From: a virus
Lineage: Duplodnaviria; Caudoviricetes
Strand: one strand, 5' to 3'
Virus record (IMG/VR): IMGVR_UViG_3300011336_000149
Coordinates: 1-39,256 of that record
DNA: 39,256 nucleotides
The notes below the pieces were generated by a model. It was not told the DNA's origin. It searched no databases and saw only the letters and a list, made by a program, of their open reading frames with translations. The position numbers were made by a program, and so were the translations under genes. Positions within the stretch are counted from its first letter, which is position 1, and each line of letters starts with the position of its first letter. Of the stretch, positions 25,301-33,529 are shown piece after piece.

Positions 25301-28300
25301 CTTTTATGATTGTGTCTCTGTAAGACATGATCCGGTACGGAGCGCCCCGCTGATCTAAGATCAATGGGTTTTGCATGCTTAGGTACACGGGCATAATGTT
25401 TTCGCCCGCACGTCTACCTATTTCTTCAGCGCTTTTACGAACTTCAGCTTTTAACGCAGTAAGTTTTTTTTCAGCCCTTGCAAGGCTTTCTGTGTATTCC
25501 CTTATGTACGATTCCGCAATGTACACGTAGCTAGATTCTGGAAGTTGTTTTGAGAAACGATCCACATCCAGTTTAGCCATCCTATCGTTAGGATCTTTTT
25601 TGAGCTTTGCTTGTGCTTCAGCAAGCTGCTTTAACCGATATTTTTCTTGGCGTTCGCGTAGGGTTTTACCTTCAATAGAATTAGGGTCTTTCTGTGCCGT
25701 GTCTTCTGCTAAACCTTTTTGGTAACGTTTAATATCTTTATTTAAAAAACGAATTTCAGATTCCGCAGGGCTTTCTGTTTCATTTTTCTTAGCGTTTATT
25801 GCGTATCCTGTAGATGTATCAGGATCACCTGCAAAGAAGAAACCCAGCTTTGCCGAAGGAGCGCCCGTTGCCGCACCCAACATATCTTTTAAGAACGTGT
25901 CAAAGCTACGGCTAGTGCCGTGGTAAACCACTAAGGGCTTACCATTGTTATCTACAACTTGGCTATCTTTAAACCATCTCTTAAACGCATCTGATGCAGT
26001 AGCCGCCGCTTGCGCAAAGCGACGTGTCAAGCGTACGTTTACAGGGCCAGCGCCCACTGCGGCAGTCATGGCTTCTTGTACAAACTTCTCAACTTCTGTG
26101 TAGGTAGCAGAACGGATGCTCTGTGCTACTTGACGCATACCAATCTTCTCGGCAACGTCAGCCAACCATTTTGCAATGGAGCGTACGAACGCGCGCTGCC
26201 CCGTGCCAATCTTTTCGCCTGTCTTTAATTCTTCAGCGATGCGTGCGAGTGCTTCGTCTGTACCGTGGGCAGTCAGTGCATTTAAACGGTCATTAGGGTT
26301 GGCGTACTCTTTAGCGTACGCAGCTTTGGCATCTTGACCTTCTTGTGAAGCAATCCACTTGTCTGCCATCTCACGCACTCGGGCGTTCATGCGGTACAAG
26401 TTAATCATCACCCTGTGGTATTCCTTGGGGTTAGTCAAGAGCTTCTGCAAGCCAAGGTGGAACAGTTCGTGGAAGACAGTCTTAGCGCCTTCAATGCCAG
26501 ACTTGATGCCATCCCTGAACAGATACACATTGCCATCTTTTACCAAACCTGCTGCACCTGCTGGCGCTTTGGGGTCAAGGTCTTTGGCACTGTCAAGGAT
26601 AGTTACTTCAACTTCACCACCCAAAGATTTCTTCACATCATCAACGATGCCTTCAAGTTCAGCATTGGAGATAGGGTTATCAACAGGGTTTTGATCGTCT
26701 GTAATACGTGAACGTGTTGGCTCTTTTGGTGGAAGCCCTTGCTCACGACCTAGCGTACCTGTCTTGGCTTCTTGTGCAAATGCAGAGTCACGGGTTTGTG
26801 TGGTTGTCTTAGTGACAGGTTTTACAGCTTCACGCACAAGTACGTCAGCGTTGGCTTTTTCGCCAGTTAAAAACGCTTTGGTATCTGCTTGGTTATCAGG
26901 CACCACAAACATCTTTGCGCCATCCATCTGCGCTTGGAAGTTGTCAAGTAGGTATTTGTATGTAGCCTTGTCAATATTGATACAACCAAAGGAGTAACGT
27001 GAATCAGCGGCGGATTCACTTTTCAATGCGGCTTGACGTTGGGCGGCATCTTTTTCTTTTAGCCATACCGAGTGCATGATGGTGACCACAGCATCTGGGT
27101 CTTCCAATGCGAACACTTTGCCAAAGTCATAATCACCTGCGGTTTTCTTGGCATTACCACCCTTGGCGGCATCAATTATTTTGATACCAAACAAACCTGC
27201 TGGCGTAATACGGTTCTGTGGCAGGTCGTTGTTACCCTTGTACAGATCGCCCTTGGCTAAACCAATCAACACCTTCTTGTCCAACACAGGCTTGCCGTCG
27301 GCGTCAAAGATAAAGATACGGCCTGTTGGTTTATCAACAAACACCATTAGCTTGTCGCCGTTCTTACCCTTCATCGCAGGGATAAGAATCTCGTACGCTT
27401 CTTTAGCGCCATCAGACATCTTGGATGCAACTGATGCGGGTATCCCTGCTTTGACTTCTTGCGTTGTAGTTACAGAGACGGGGTTGTGTAAAACAAATGC
27501 TTCTGGTGCAGAAATATTGCCGGGGTTAAAGATAACGCCAACAGCCAACACACCTGCCTGCACCTGTCTGATGATTTCACGGATGGCTTGCTTAACAGCC
27601 TTGGCGCCCTTCTCGGCAAACAAAGTGACGTCTTCTTGCAGGCGCTTCCAGAACTCTGGATTGTCTTTTTTGACGCCGTAGAAATCTTCAAGTTCTTCAA
27701 CTTGGTCATCTTGCAAGCGGCTAACGGGGCCTTCCAACAGCTTCTGCTGGTTATCAGGGATTACCCGTGTCTCACCTTCAATGATGTTGCTTTCATCTGT
27801 AACCTTTTTGAGTTCAGGTTTAGCTTCCGGTGCTTTCTTTTGATTACTTTCATAAGCCTCAAGTGCAAACCTGATTTCATCCAGCAGGTCTTCGTAGCCC
27901 ATATCCTTGTCTTTGGATATGCTTTCAACCGCATTCAAACTGATGTCGTCAATCAAGCCTGCTTTGTGCAAACGCTTGGCAAATGATTTAACTTTGGTCT
28001 TGGTTGTTTCAGGATCAAGATCAAGATCATCGACAGTCTCACGCGCCTTCTCAAGAGCTTTATCAACCTTTGGCTCTTCTTTCTTAGGTTCAACCTTTGG
28101 TGCTTCAAGCTTCTTAGGTTCTGATTTCTTTACGACTTTTTTAGGCTCAACCTTCTTAAGTTCTGTTTTCTTTACAACTTTAACAGGCGCAGGAGTAGCC
28201 GGTGCTTCCACCTTTTTGGTAACGGTAGGCGTAGAAGTAGGCTCAGCAGTTGATTTTGCAGTTTCATCTTTAGCCTTCCTTGCGGATGGTTGGGCAGCTT

Positions 28301-30881
28301 TGTTGGCCGCTTTCTTTTCAGCAGATTGGCCTGTGGTTTTAGCTTTGACAGGTTTGGTAGCGCGATCAGCAGCAGGGCGTAGCGCGTCTTCAAGTGCTTT
28401 CTTACCGGCGTCACGTTCTTCTTGGGTACTAGCAAGCTCTATATCAGCTTCCGCTAGCCTTGCCGTTTTCTTTTCTTCAGGCGTTAACTGTAGTTCAACT
28501 TGAAAGTCTGGTGATGTAGAACCAACGCCTTTAGCGTAGTATGTTTTCTTACCACCTTCGTCACGGCTATCAATAAAAATCCGACCGTTTGCATCAAGCG
28601 CATCTCTTAGTTTTTGTTGGCCCTTATTGAGAGTCACAGGTGTTACCACTGGAGTTTCCGCAACGGTAGGCGCAGGTGCGGCTTCAACCTTTGGTGCAGG
28701 TGCTGGCAAACCTTGGAACTCAGGGCGTCCTAAGAATGTATCAATCTTCTGGACAATCGCAGGGCTACGACCTTCCTTATAGATTGTCAACATGTTCTTT
28801 ACATCTGCCGCATCTTCTGGTTTGGTAATGTCCAGACCTTGGATAGCATGGCCGGGCTTGCGCATCACAGCCGTGGGGCCAATACCCAATACACCAAGCG
28901 TATCAGCGGTAATGACGGGGGCTACTGTCTCGGGGGTGGGTTTTACCCGCACCGTAGGTTTGGTAACTGGTGGCTTCTTTACAATAATTTTTGGTTCAGC
29001 AACTGCGGCTTCGTCAGTTGGCGTGCCCACTCGCGTGAACAAACCAAGTTGGCCTGCATCTTTGGCGGCGTTGCGGTCAGCCTGCCCTGCGCGTGCGTCG
29101 CGCCTGTTCTGTAAGTCCAAGGCGGCTTGCGCTTCCGCTGCTGTCTGCACAGTTTTAAACTTGTCAGGTGCGGCTGGTGCGGGTGCTTCTTGTTGAATGG
29201 GGTTACCCAGCAAGTCTGTTTGTTGTACGGGGGTTTGCTCAACCGTAGCCGCACGGATTTCCATCTGCTGTGGTTCAGGGATGGTGAACGCAGTAGCCGC
29301 ATACTTGGCTTGCAGGTCAGGGGGCAGGTTCTTGGTTACCTTGGCGTTCTCAGCCTGCATCCGCTTGAACTCATTGGGTACACGATTGTCTTCCTCAATG
29401 ATGCCTTGTATCAAACCGTCAATGGTTTTGATACGTGCTTTAACTTCTTTGGTTTGCGTCTGACCCGTTAACGCCTGTTTCTCTTGAAACAACGTTGCGT
29501 ACGCATCCGTCTTTTGCATTACATCGCTGTAATCTTTGGGGAACGTCTGCTCCAGTTCAGCTTGACGTTGGGCACGCAGTGTTTGCAGTTCTGTGGCGGC
29601 GGCTTTCTCAGCTTCCACACGGGCAAGTTTTTGTTGGTCAGCTTCAGCCTGTGCTTCTGCATCAAGCATCTTCTCACCCTCACGGGCGGCACGACCTTGC
29701 TTAACACCCATCTGCTCTTGCTCACGTGCCAATCTGCGCTGTTGAACTTGGGCTTCAAGCTCGCTAGGAGTAGGCTGACCTGACTGGTCTACAACGGGTG
29801 CAGGGGGTTTTGCGGTAGCTTCACCTGTGAACGGGCTGACTGCTGAGCCGCCCAACATACCCATCATGCCCTCTTTGGTTGCCGCACCCAACACGCCTTC
29901 CATTGCAGGAGTTTCAAACCCTTCACGGGTCTGTGCCACATTAGCGGCAAACTGCTCTTGACCGCCTTGGATAGCTTCGGGTACAGCTTCCTTTAAACCA
30001 GCGCCAGCGGCACGCTTTGTACCTGCAATGATGCCCTTCTTTGCAACTTCTTGTCCAACTTTTTCACCAGCTTCTTTGGCGGCTGCGGCGGCAACAGGTT
30101 TGGACAGTTTCTTTAAAAGGTCTTTTTCTAAACCCGTACCACCGGCTACGAAGCCGATGCCGGTACCCGCCATGATGTTGTCCCAGCTTTTACCTGTAAA
30201 TTCCTGCGCTTTAAGTGCGATCTTAGAAATTTCTTCTTTGGAAAGGTCAGGGTATTGTTTGCCAACTTCTTCTTTAACCGCATCGTAGATGGAGCCTTTG
30301 ACGGAACCTGCGCCTTGTAAAGCACCAAGGGTGTATTTGGTGGCAATACCAACAGCACCTGCAAACGCAAGGGCAGCGGCACCCCCTAGACCGAGCACTG
30401 CCGCTGCGGGTACTGCCAAGGCAGCCGCGCCCATAGCTAACGCAATTGTAGGGACTGATGAACCAACTGCGGAAGCAGTAGCTTGGATGGGGGCTTCAGT
30501 AACGCCAGCGGCGCCAGCTTTAATTTCTTCTAATGTGCTACCAGACCTAGCGGCGGCTTTCTCAAGCGCATCACGACGGGCTTGTTCAGCTTGGCGTTCA
30601 GGCGTGTACAGTTGCCCCAAACCCTTTTGTAGGTTGCTAAGAGTTTCCACTCCGGGGGCTTCAGCGCCAAAACCTTGCAGTGTGGATTTGGTTGCACCAA
30701 CGGCGCTTTGAAGCGCGGCTACACCGGTATCGGCAAGAGAGAACCCAGCTTCCTTGAACGGCTTACCTGCGTCTGGATTTTTGGCCAGAACAGCCTGCGC
30801 CACTTCTTCTTTAGTCGCACCTTCTGGCCCCTCAATTTGGTAAGTTAATCCGTTAGGGGCTTGGATGCGGTAGAGTGGCAT
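22317..30881 (-). CDS. Giant polyvalent virion/ejection protein (L,D-transpeptidase-like, HExxH metallopeptidase, ART-like and LPD38-like domains)
   Basis: 2854 aa; VDK..G / ITPAG / MHS / SFGCIN; FHELFHLG; FKRWF...PLVVYHGT...GFFFA...PVYL...GHDGVII...QIKSA.GN.G; NFSRRG...VPFMNA..QG. Confidence 0.88.
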   Translation of the reverse strand: MPLYRIQAPNGLTYQIEGPEGATKEEVAQAVLAKNPDAGKPFKEAGFSLADTGVAALQSAVGATKSTLQGFGAEAPGVETLSNLQKGLGQLYTPERQAEQARRDALEKAAARSGSTLEEIKAGAAGVTEAPIQATASAVGSSVPTIALAMGAAALAVPAAAVLGLGGAAALAFAGAVGIATKYTLGALQGAGSVKGSIYDAVKEEVGKQYPDLSKEEISKIALKAQEFTGKSWDNIMAGTGIGFVAGGTGLEKDLLKKLSKPVAAAAAKEAGEKVGQEVAKKGIIAGTKRAAGAGLKEAVPEAIQGGQEQFAANVAQTREGFETPAMEGVLGAATKEGMMGMLGGSAVSPFTGEATAKPPAPVVDQSGQPTPSELEAQVQQRRLAREQEQMGVKQGRAAREGEKMLDAEAQAEADQQKLARVEAEKAAATELQTLRAQRQAELEQTFPKDYSDVMQKTDAYATLFQEKQALTGQTQTKEVKARIKTIDGLIQGIIEEDNRVPNEFKRMQAENAKVTKNLPPDLQAKYAATAFTIPEPQQMEIRAATVEQTPVQQTDLLGNPIQQEAPAPAAPDKFKTVQTAAEAQAALDLQNRRDARAGQADRNAAKDAGQLGLFTRVGTPTDEAAVAEPKIIVKKPPVTKPTVRVKPTPETVAPVITADTLGVLGIGPTAVMRKPGHAIQGLDITKPEDAADVKNMLTIYKEGRSPAIVQKIDTFLGRPEFQGLPAPAPKVEAAPAPTVAETPVVTPVTLNKGQQKLRDALDANGRIFIDSRDEGGKKTYYAKGVGSTSPDFQVELQLTPEEKKTARLAEADIELASTQEERDAGKKALEDALRPAADRATKPVKAKTTGQSAEKKAANKAAQPSARKAKDETAKSTAEPTSTPTVTKKVEAPATPAPVKVVKKTELKKVEPKKVVKKSEPKKLEAPKVEPKKEEPKVDKALEKARETVDDLDLDPETTKTKVKSFAKRLHKAGLIDDISLNAVESISKDKDMGYEDLLDEIRFALEAYESNQKKAPEAKPELKKVTDESNIIEGETRVIPDNQQKLLEGPVSRLQDDQVEELEDFYGVKKDNPEFWKRLQEDVTLFAEKGAKAVKQAIREIIRQVQAGVLAVGVIFNPGNISAPEAFVLHNPVSVTTTQEVKAGIPASVASKMSDGAKEAYEILIPAMKGKNGDKLMVFVDKPTGRIFIFDADGKPVLDKKVLIGLAKGDLYKGNNDLPQNRITPAGLFGIKIIDAAKGGNAKKTAGDYDFGKVFALEDPDAVVTIMHSVWLKEKDAAQRQAALKSESAADSRYSFGCINIDKATYKYLLDNFQAQMDGAKMFVVPDNQADTKAFLTGEKANADVLVREAVKPVTKTTTQTRDSAFAQEAKTGTLGREQGLPPKEPTRSRITDDQNPVDNPISNAELEGIVDDVKKSLGGEVEVTILDSAKDLDPKAPAGAAGLVKDGNVYLFRDGIKSGIEGAKTVFHELFHLGLQKLLTNPKEYHRVMINLYRMNARVREMADKWIASQEGQDAKAAYAKEYANPNDRLNALTAHGTDEALARIAEELKTGEKIGTGQRAFVRSIAKWLADVAEKIGMRQVAQSIRSATYTEVEKFVQEAMTAAVGAGPVNVRLTRRFAQAAATASDAFKRWFKDSQVVDNNGKPLVVYHGTSRSFDTFLKDMLGAATGAPSAKLGFFFAGDPDTSTGYAINAKKNETESPAESEIRFLNKDIKRYQKGLAEDTAQKDPNSIEGKTLRERQEKYRLKQLAEAQAKLKKDPNDRMAKLDVDRFSKQLPESSYVYIAESYIREYTESLARAEKKLTALKAEVRKSAEEIGRRAGENIMPVYLSMQNPLILDQRGAPYRIMSYRDTIIKAKQDGHDGVIIKNTYDGKQQPGWIQRLIAKWRKEDVPSDTIYIAFEPTQIKSAIGNIGTYDPTNPNIRYSIPGGIDENTRRAVQAIQDKTPAKYKEPEKKTLVQQLKSVGEVETRDKAKLLARQKTADKFATVSAKVNQLFSKGYKNAFGDLNPMVLARQAEEARKLVLDFYKAGGIKFGKSGLIETVDTKESLQGAVEQLVDLAAKNDMTYKDAESYVSSLLEGHRLHNMREEHDKPLEASALILEQQGKNKEADAERKKKLARHMDNADIDTLEAAFQKSPEIKAILDTLNATRTQAIDLMVAAGRITKEQGQFWKDNAAYVPFDRVFVESETPIKGRGSYGIATLRNIPGMEGSFERPIKNVFDSYTSRLGWMITEAANNNASYNVLDTMALGGFAKELKPKEVPGNKALTVKVYREGKPVEFEVESVADYEAFQAAPELTGWLVGSLIPAARWVRIGVTAFPAFSIKQVIEDAQRSMFNSGVERPLVTGMKTLYNFPRLLTSDALQALGVSKKMPLVRMMEQLGIIGDYDVNIINPAQDIKIAAGAEKRGWSAKVYHVLEKITKASDLAARLAVFEETLLETGGKRDGDGNITGGDKDLAQLRARELINFSRRGSDPTIRTLSRVVPFMNAYAQGMDVTYRTASGLDSATGSERADARKQFYKMAMKLTALGFMYALAFGDDEGYKNATDEVRDNNFLIPHSDKKIPLPKEIGFLFKSIPERLVNYYRRYGTDEEQSILNLLGTIVKGGVSAYGTPNATPAQLKPILENMTNYSFFLQRELESASMQRLDPSQRFTPSTSELAKSIGALSQQLGNVAGTKIVEVSPIKVDNLLRGLFGIAGSSTLLMTDALINPTRADRPLHQMPFASLFVYDTTGGRAKNEFFDLQEKVSRANNTYLSMKDTNPKKAVEYYAKNEPYILAMPTLNATLKQLTAIRKQRVFYETASPEALNMDGKERRATIDILDKLDIEAVSKIRALDKDLRDLSKANK

Positions 30882-30883
30882 GG

Positions 30884-32455
30884 CTATTTAGGTGTTACAA
30901 CTTGTAAATTTTTCCACAAGTCGGGGTTAATATTAGAACCACCGCCACCAAGTTTACCGCCGGTGGGGGTTTCATCCATTGTACCAACTCCCCTGCCCGT
31001 TTGTAAACCCTGTATCAGACGATTAAATTCTTCAGTAATCAAACCTTGTTTCCAAGTTTCTTCGTTAAACACTTTTCCAGATTTCCCTGCGGCTATCTGT
31101 GCGGCAAGTTTCTTGTCCCCATAATCTTTATTAACGTTATCAATTGCTTTATCACGAAGTCCGGCAACATCTTTGGGTGTCAACGCACCTTTAGTTGCAC
31201 CAGCCGCATTCAAAGCGTTAGCGCGGGATTGAGCCGCTTTCGCAGAGATCATTGCCGCATCAGCGTTACGATTTTGGACAAGCAGTGCGCCTTCTTGATA
31301 CTCTTTTGTATTTGCAATCTCTTGCGCTTTTTGCCCAAACTGGGTAGCCGCTTGTTGGGCTTGTTCGGCTTGAGTAACAAATTTTGAAGCTTCCCCACGA
31401 GCGCCCATACGCTCGGCACGTTGGGCTTGGGTCATCAACATCTCAGATTGGGTCAAAGCTCTGCGTGATGCTTCGTTGGCTTTTTGACCTTCTTGGTAAG
31501 CGTTCAAACCTTGGAGGCCACCTTCACCAATATTTTGCAAAGCAAACTGAGACTTGCCAGCCATCGTAGCTAGACCCGCACGGATCAATGCGTCAGAGAC
31601 AGCGTTCTTTTCACGGCCTTCAATACGTGAACGATCTTGTGCAAACTGTTCAGCAAATGGCTTGTAGCTTTCTTTAATTTCAGCTATTTCAGGTGCGGCC
31701 ATTGTTTCAGCTTCTGCACGAGCTTGTGCCGCTGTTTTAGGTGTGTACGTAGGAAGTGGGGGTAACGCAGGCTTTTTAGCTGTATCTTCCTTCTTAGCTT
31801 CTTCCTCTAATTTCTTAGCGGCTTTGCTACCCTTCTTGGGTTTGGGTATATAGGCGCTGTAGTCGTCAAACGCGCCCAGCAACTTCTGGCGTTCCATGTT
31901 GGCAGCAATCTGGTCGTCAACACCCTTGAACTCATCCACCATACTGCCATCGCCACCATCTTCAATAGCCACACCTTGGTAGCGTGGGATATGACCACCA
32001 CCAGACATGCGAAGCACAGGCTCACTGCGCTGGGCAAAGTCATACATGCCGCCTTGTGCCATACCGTTCTGTCTAGGAACATCGTCACCATCGCCATACC
32101 CTGCAATACCGCCGTCAGCCATACCTTCTTCATCATCTCCATACCCTGCAATACCGCCGTCAGCCATACCTTCGATGTTGCGAGCAGGCAGGCTGCTGAT
32201 GCCCTGCCCTTGGGGGGCTTGTGGGGGTGCGGCTTGGGGTGCCATCGCCATCAGTGCGGCATCCGCCACTTTGGGCATTTCTTGCCCAGCCATCCTAGCC
32301 TGACCGCTCATGCGTACCCTCTGGCGGTTCTGGCTTTCTTGGAAAGCCAACGGAAAAACGTATGGATCGTTTTTGTGCATCGCAGCATATTGCTGCAAAG
32401 CACGGTCATCCATCATGCGCAACTGGGATGTGATGTCTCTTTGGTCGATTGCCAT
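30884..32455 (-). CDS. Putative internal virion / DNA ejection protein
   Basis: A/Q/G-rich helical protein upstream of the giant gene; AxGG motifs; GL..MAG.S..AL.NIG.GG..G segment. Confidence 0.72.
   Translation of the reverse strand: MAIDQRDITSQLRMMDDRALQQYAAMHKNDPYVFPLAFQESQNRQRVRMSGQARMAGQEMPKVADAALMAMAPQAAPPQAPQGQGISSLPARNIEGMADGGIAGYGDDEEGMADGGIAGYGDGDDVPRQNGMAQGGMYDFAQRSEPVLRMSGGGHIPRYQGVAIEDGGDGSMVDEFKGVDDQIAANMERQKLLGAFDDYSAYIPKPKKGSKAAKKLEEEAKKEDTAKKPALPPLPTYTPKTAAQARAEAETMAAPEIAEIKESYKPFAEQFAQDRSRIEGREKNAVSDALIRAGLATMAGKSQFALQNIGEGGLQGLNAYQEGQKANEASRRALTQSEMLMTQAQRAERMGARGEASKFVTQAEQAQQAATQFGQKAQEIANTKEYQEGALLVQNRNADAAMISAKAAQSRANALNAAGATKGALTPKDVAGLRDKAIDNVNKDYGDKKLAAQIAAGKSGKVFNEETWKQGLITEEFNRLIQGLQTGRGVGTMDETPTGGKLGGGGSNINPDLWKNLQVVTPK
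32094..32173. repeat. Perfect 35-bp intragenic direct repeat (32094-32128 and 32139-32173; 45-bp period)
   Basis: ccataccctgcaataccgccgtcagccataccttc twice, encoding EGMADGGIAGYG. Confidence 0.92.
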
Positions 32456-32464
32456 GTTACTTCC

Positions 32465-33520
32465 TTAACCCATTCTTGATAGAGCCAGATCAGCCAGACC
32501 TGCGGGCTTGTCTCTGTACGCAATGTCTTCAGCTTCTCCAACGGAGCCGCCCTTGGCACGCAGGGCAAGACCAGCCGCAGTTGCACCCGCACCGAGAAGT
32601 TGTGAACCTGTTGAAGGAGGTGCTTGATACACAGACGATGCAGTCTGGGTCAAAGGCAAGCCACGCAAGATGTCGGACATGAAGCCCATCTGCTTGTATG
32701 GATAGTTCTGATAGTTCAGGAAATCCTGATACTGATTGTTGAGAATGTTCTGGGATTGCTGTTGTTGTTGCAAACCATACTGGTTCTGAGCATTCATGAT
32801 GCCCATGTTCTGACCATACTGCGTCTGGCCAATATCAGCCAAACTCTTAGCACCCGTCATAGCTGTTTGTAAACCTTGCAAGCCCAAGCCTGCACCAAAC
32901 TGTTGTTGCTGTGCGTTCTGTTGGTTCTGCGTGTTGAACTGCCCCATCGCCTGTTGGTAAGCGTCTTGCAACCCCTTGGCTTGGATGTCACCTTGCTGAC
33001 GAGCCAAGTTACCCATCGCCTGCATGCGCATGAGTTGATTACCGCTACCGCCAAACGCGCCTGAACGGGCGGCTTGTGCATTTTGAGCTTGCATAGCAAT
33101 GTCGGACTGACGCCGCGCATCTGCCTGCTGGCGGGCAACGATATTGTCCATGTAAGGACTCATCATGGTGTTGCCGGTTATATTGCCTTGCGCATCTCTG
33201 GTATTAGCGGCACTGAATGCAGCACCAAAGTCAGAAGGGCGGAAGGTATATTGTGTATTCAGAGCACCCAAGCCTGCCATACCCGCCATAGCGGAAGCAT
33301 CTTGCAACTGAGGGGCAGTCTGCATCAAACCTGCATTGGTGTACGCCTGTTGTTGCAAGGGGGTGAACTGCGCTTGGCGGTCACCCTGATACTGCATGTA
33401 AGGGTTTTGTTCAGTATCCGTGAAGTACTGCGCCTTACCCAGCAGATCTTCGACATACGGCTTAGCGTAGTCAGGGATGGAGGTTTGCGAAATTGTCGAA
33501 GATGATTCTTGTAAAGCCAT
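32465..33520 (-). CDS. Putative DNA ejection/pilot protein (Gln-rich)
   Basis: Q/A/G-rich, MSPYM..., GAFGGS, C-terminal glycine-rich hydrophobic segment; AAGGA RBS. Confidence 0.75.
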   Translation of the reverse strand: MALQESSSTISQTSIPDYAKPYVEDLLGKAQYFTDTEQNPYMQYQGDRQAQFTPLQQQAYTNAGLMQTAPQLQDASAMAGMAGLGALNTQYTFRPSDFGAAFSAANTRDAQGNITGNTMMSPYMDNIVARQQADARRQSDIAMQAQNAQAARSGAFGGSGNQLMRMQAMGNLARQQGDIQAKGLQDAYQQAMGQFNTQNQQNAQQQQFGAGLGLQGLQTAMTGAKSLADIGQTQYGQNMGIMNAQNQYGLQQQQQSQNILNNQYQDFLNYQNYPYKQMGFMSDILRGLPLTQTASSVYQAPPSTGSQLLGAGATAAGLALRAKGGSVGEAEDIAYRDKPAGLADLALSRMG

Positions 33521-33529
33521 TTTTATTCC

